A stretch of 64,000 nucleotides of DNA from Alphaproteobacteria bacterium. Its GTDB lineage: Bacteria; Pseudomonadota; Alphaproteobacteria; RF32; CAG-239. The notes under the pieces were generated by a model. The model ran no database searches and had not been told where the DNA came from. It was given only the letters and a program-made list of their open reading frames with translations. Where the stretch lies: assembly GCA_017935485.1 (NCBI GenBank), contig JAGBHO010000054.1, positions 67,126 to 131,125 on the forward strand, written 5' to 3'. The position numbers and the translations under genes are program-made. Position 1 is the stretch's first letter, and the number at the start of each line of letters is the position of its first letter. Shown here piece after piece: positions 62,301 to 64,000 of this stretch.

Positions 62301-62763
62301 TCGCCGTGGATTGATTATTCACAAACTTTTGCAGTTTTTGCCGGAGGTTTATGCCAAAGACGGACGCGGCATTATTGATGACTATTTGCAAAAAAATGTG
62401 CCGGATTTGCCGTCTGCGGAAAAACAAAGAATTGCCGATGAGGTTGTGCGCCTGTTGGAAAATCCAAAATTCGCGGCGGTTTTTTCTGCCGAGTCAAAAG
62501 CAGAGGTTCCGATTATGGGCGAAGTCAACGGCCGGATTATTTCAGGACAGGTTGACCGACTGGTTGTTGAAAAAGACAGGGTGCTGCTGGTGGATTATAA
62601 GACCAACCGGCCGGCGGCAAAGTCCGTTGAAGATATTCCGTCGGCTTATCTGAAACAGATGCAGGCTTATAAAGATCTGCTGGTGCGGATTTATCCCGAA
62701 AAAGAGATTATTCCGCTGATTCTATGGACGGATACCGCCGATTTGATGCCGTTGGCAGAATAA
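59365..62763 (+). CDS. addA: double-strand break repair helicase AddA
   Basis: 1132 aa with UvrD-like Walker A ASAGTGKT, DEAQDTS, and a C-terminal nuclease (LVDYKTN). Confidence 0.93.
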   Translation: MMIEQERHNRGRRATEQQRRAANPKKSVWVQASAGTGKTKVLSDRVLRILLGGGNPGRILCLTYTKAAAVEMSSRISERLSKWAVMPEPELLGELEALLGKLPEDRERLEKLEAAARRLFAVLLDTPGGMKIQTIHAFCQEILKRFPLEAHISPYFEVMDDRAAAEALADIQSRLLKKIEEEPNSPAGRALSFLTRKVSEFSFPEIMNTIAANRNKISQMLARYQNIGAIAAELLRRLGLPENCSETAVKEEFVTGFAREKAFMLMQGWMSGGVKEKEKAQKLAGLLERPLQPEDFDDYAACFLNKDGGLPAKAATKAVLAAYPDFEEVFYTEAQRLCDLRKKLAAVRLADSTRAVLLLAEDLISAYNHFKKIRSKMDYEDLIVTTRQLLENKGVSQWVMFKLDGGIDNILIDEAQDTSPDQWAIIRALTEHFFDDAGAGNVCKTVFAVGDKKQSIYSFQGADPKGFADMQHYFSQLAGQEGPDDFDVVNLEVSFRSTAAVLETVNHVFRQLPGRDGVADDGEDITHIPFRAGEAGRVELWPLVEPEEGENKDVWLPSMERVSVETTSSKLAGQIAGRIKQMVESGQELKSQKRPVRYKDFMILVQRRNRFVEEMVRACKNVGVSIAGVDKIKLLEQIAVQDLVSLGKFLLLPTDDLTLAEVLKSPLFGLDDKDLEKLCCERGKGVSLWSRLKDDAAHGEVYRRLQQLSSRAGFLRPFEIYAEVLNRMGGRKKFISRLGYEAEDGLDEFMNLTIAYEQEHIPTLQGFIDWIGGGEVEIKRELEQSEADAVRIMTVHGSKGLQAPIVILPDTVRIVSVKNSGGMLWDDLFYYPLSSQDYDDNCIKIKETEKQNALREYRRLLYVALTRAEDLLAICGYYNSERSKPHEESWYKICEKSLREIGTAEHDDIIAYECPQAFEPKPKKMSEKPAYPECTAVWLKENPAAESALAKPLSPSRLEENEEEPALASPIGSHGKSRYRRGLIIHKLLQFLPEVYAKDGRGIIDDYLQKNVPDLPSAEKQRIADEVVRLLENPKFAAVFSAESKAEVPIMGEVNGRIISGQVDRLVVEKDRVLLVDYKTNRPAAKSVEDIPSAYLKQMQAYKDLLVRIYPEKEIIPLILWTDTADLMPLAE

Positions 62764-62853
62764 ATTTGAATTTTGTGCGATTCCTCTTTAATATTGAAAA
62801 AAGATTTACTATATTAGAAGAAACGTAAAACTATATGAAGAAAGGAAAGTCTA

Positions 62854-63168
62854 ATGCAGTCTATAGTCGACAGTCAGTTTGATGCTGAGGTTTTGAAGTC
62901 AAAAGGTTTGGTGCTGGTAGATTTTTGGGCGGAATGGTGCGGTCCCTGCCGTCAGCTCGGTCCGATTTTGGAAGAAGTTTCCAAGTCTATGGGCGATACG
63001 GTAAAAATTTGCAAGATGAATGTGGATGAGGCGCCGAACACGGCTGCGCAATACGGAATCCGCAGTATTCCGACCATGTTTTTGTTCAAGGACGGAAAAC
63101 AGGTTGATACCAAAGTCGGGTTAAATTCGAAAGCCTCTTTGGAAGCCTGGATTTCTTCTCACGCTTAA
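62854..63168 (+). CDS. trxA: thioredoxin
   Basis: 104 aa with the WCGPC active site. Confidence 0.95.
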   Translation: MQSIVDSQFDAEVLKSKGLVLVDFWAEWCGPCRQLGPILEEVSKSMGDTVKICKMNVDEAPNTAAQYGIRSIPTMFLFKDGKQVDTKVGLNSKASLEAWISSHA

Positions 63169-63185
63169 TAAACTCTTTATGAGTT

Positions 63186-63213
63186 AAGCCTCCTGACAAA
63201 GGAGGCTTTTTTT
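63186..63213 (+). terminator. intrinsic terminator after trxA
   Basis: aagcctcct-gacaa-aggaggctt + T7. Confidence 0.8.
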
Positions 63214-63311
63214 GTTGCAGAAAGGCGGGTTTTATAGTACATTGTTTCTGTAATTTTTATTGTTGAACGGGATGAGAAAATTTTTATTCCCTTGAAGGCG
63301 TAGGAGGAAAA

Positions 63312-63977
63312 GTGAAGATTAAGAATATTTTTTGGGATGTTGACGGCGTGTTGGCAAATTTGAATTTTGCTTATTATAATTTTTTGACCAAGCATCCGAA
63401 ATATGCACCCAAATATGGAAATATTCAGTGGGAGGATCTTCCGAAGGTTTTGCCGGTCAGTCCGAAATATGGTGCGCTGGAGCTTAAAACTCATCCTGAA
63501 TTGGGAGCGGAACTTGATTATGACTTTTGTCATTCTCCGGAGTTCTTTTGTCATCGGCCGTTATATCCGAATGTTATTGAGGTTCTGAAAGAATTGAATC
63601 AGAAAGGGTACCGCCAGTTTACAATGTCTGCGACATTTGACGTGGAAACAAAGAAGAAATTTCTTAATACGTTGTTGGCTGAAGTTACTGACTTTTTGAC
63701 AATTGAATGTGTGCAGCACGGGAAATTTATGCATGATACGGCAAAAGAGGATATGTTGCGTGATTGTTATAAAAGATATGGCCTGAAAGCCGAAGAAACG
63801 GTTTTGGTCGATGACCGTATTTACAATCAATATGCGGCGATTGACAGCGGTGCTCATCCGGTGCGCATGCGATGCGAATTTACGTCGGATTTGCCGGAAG
63901 AACTCAGTTGGATTCCGGAAGTCAGGAATGTGGTTGAATTCAAAGAGTGGTTGTATAAAAATACCACGCAAGAATAA
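63312..63977 (+). CDS. HAD-superfamily hydrolase (nucleotidase-like)
   Basis: GTG start with an AGGAGG SD. DVDGVL motif I and VDD motif IV. Confidence 0.7.
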   Translation: MKIKNIFWDVDGVLANLNFAYYNFLTKHPKYAPKYGNIQWEDLPKVLPVSPKYGALELKTHPELGAELDYDFCHSPEFFCHRPLYPNVIEVLKELNQKGYRQFTMSATFDVETKKKFLNTLLAEVTDFLTIECVQHGKFMHDTAKEDMLRDCYKRYGLKAEETVLVDDRIYNQYAAIDSGAHPVRMRCEFTSDLPEELSWIPEVRNVVEFKEWLYKNTTQE

Positions 63978-64000
63978 TCTTATAATTGATAAAAAAATCT

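Overview
This 64-kb chromosomal window holds about 67 protein-coding genes and one tRNA (tRNA-Arg CCG). I found no rRNA, no CRISPR array, and no transposase or integrase gene. All functional calls rest on motifs read in the supplied translations and on remembered family signatures; no database search was run.

The core gene content and local synteny look alphaproteobacterial: DUF3576-leuS-lptE-holA, rpmH-rnpA-yidD-yidC-engB, rph-rdgB, nucleotidyltransferase-addB-addA-trxA, fabD-fabG, and an MlaE/MlaF/MlaD/PqiC-like operon. Moderate-to-low G+C, VirB2-like pilin paralogues and several A+T-rich orphan membrane or secreted genes suggest a host-associated lineage. That is inference only.

The signals most worth following up are:
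1. A family of modular nested-palindrome elements: nine units at four loci, each array starting at the TAA stop of a plus-strand housekeeping gene. They have a conserved internal loop and hypervariable but covarying stems.
2. An unannotated 59-codon metallothionein-like ORF co-transcribed with a CsoR-family metal sensor, behind a promoter carrying two TACCC...GGGTA inverted repeats.
3. A 557-bp segmental duplication carrying VirB2/TrbC-like pilin paralogues. Their non-coding flanks are more conserved than synonymous sites in the CDS, and the flank includes an sRNA-like stem-loop plus terminator.
4. A cluster of tRNA-Arg 3'-end fragments and 273-bp direct repeats downstream of the tRNA, next to an orphan-gene island.
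5. Several divergent proteins: a membrane pyrophosphatase with non-canonical acidic motifs, a GH108 lysozyme fusion, a second Cys-rich protein, and tandem YcgN paralogues.
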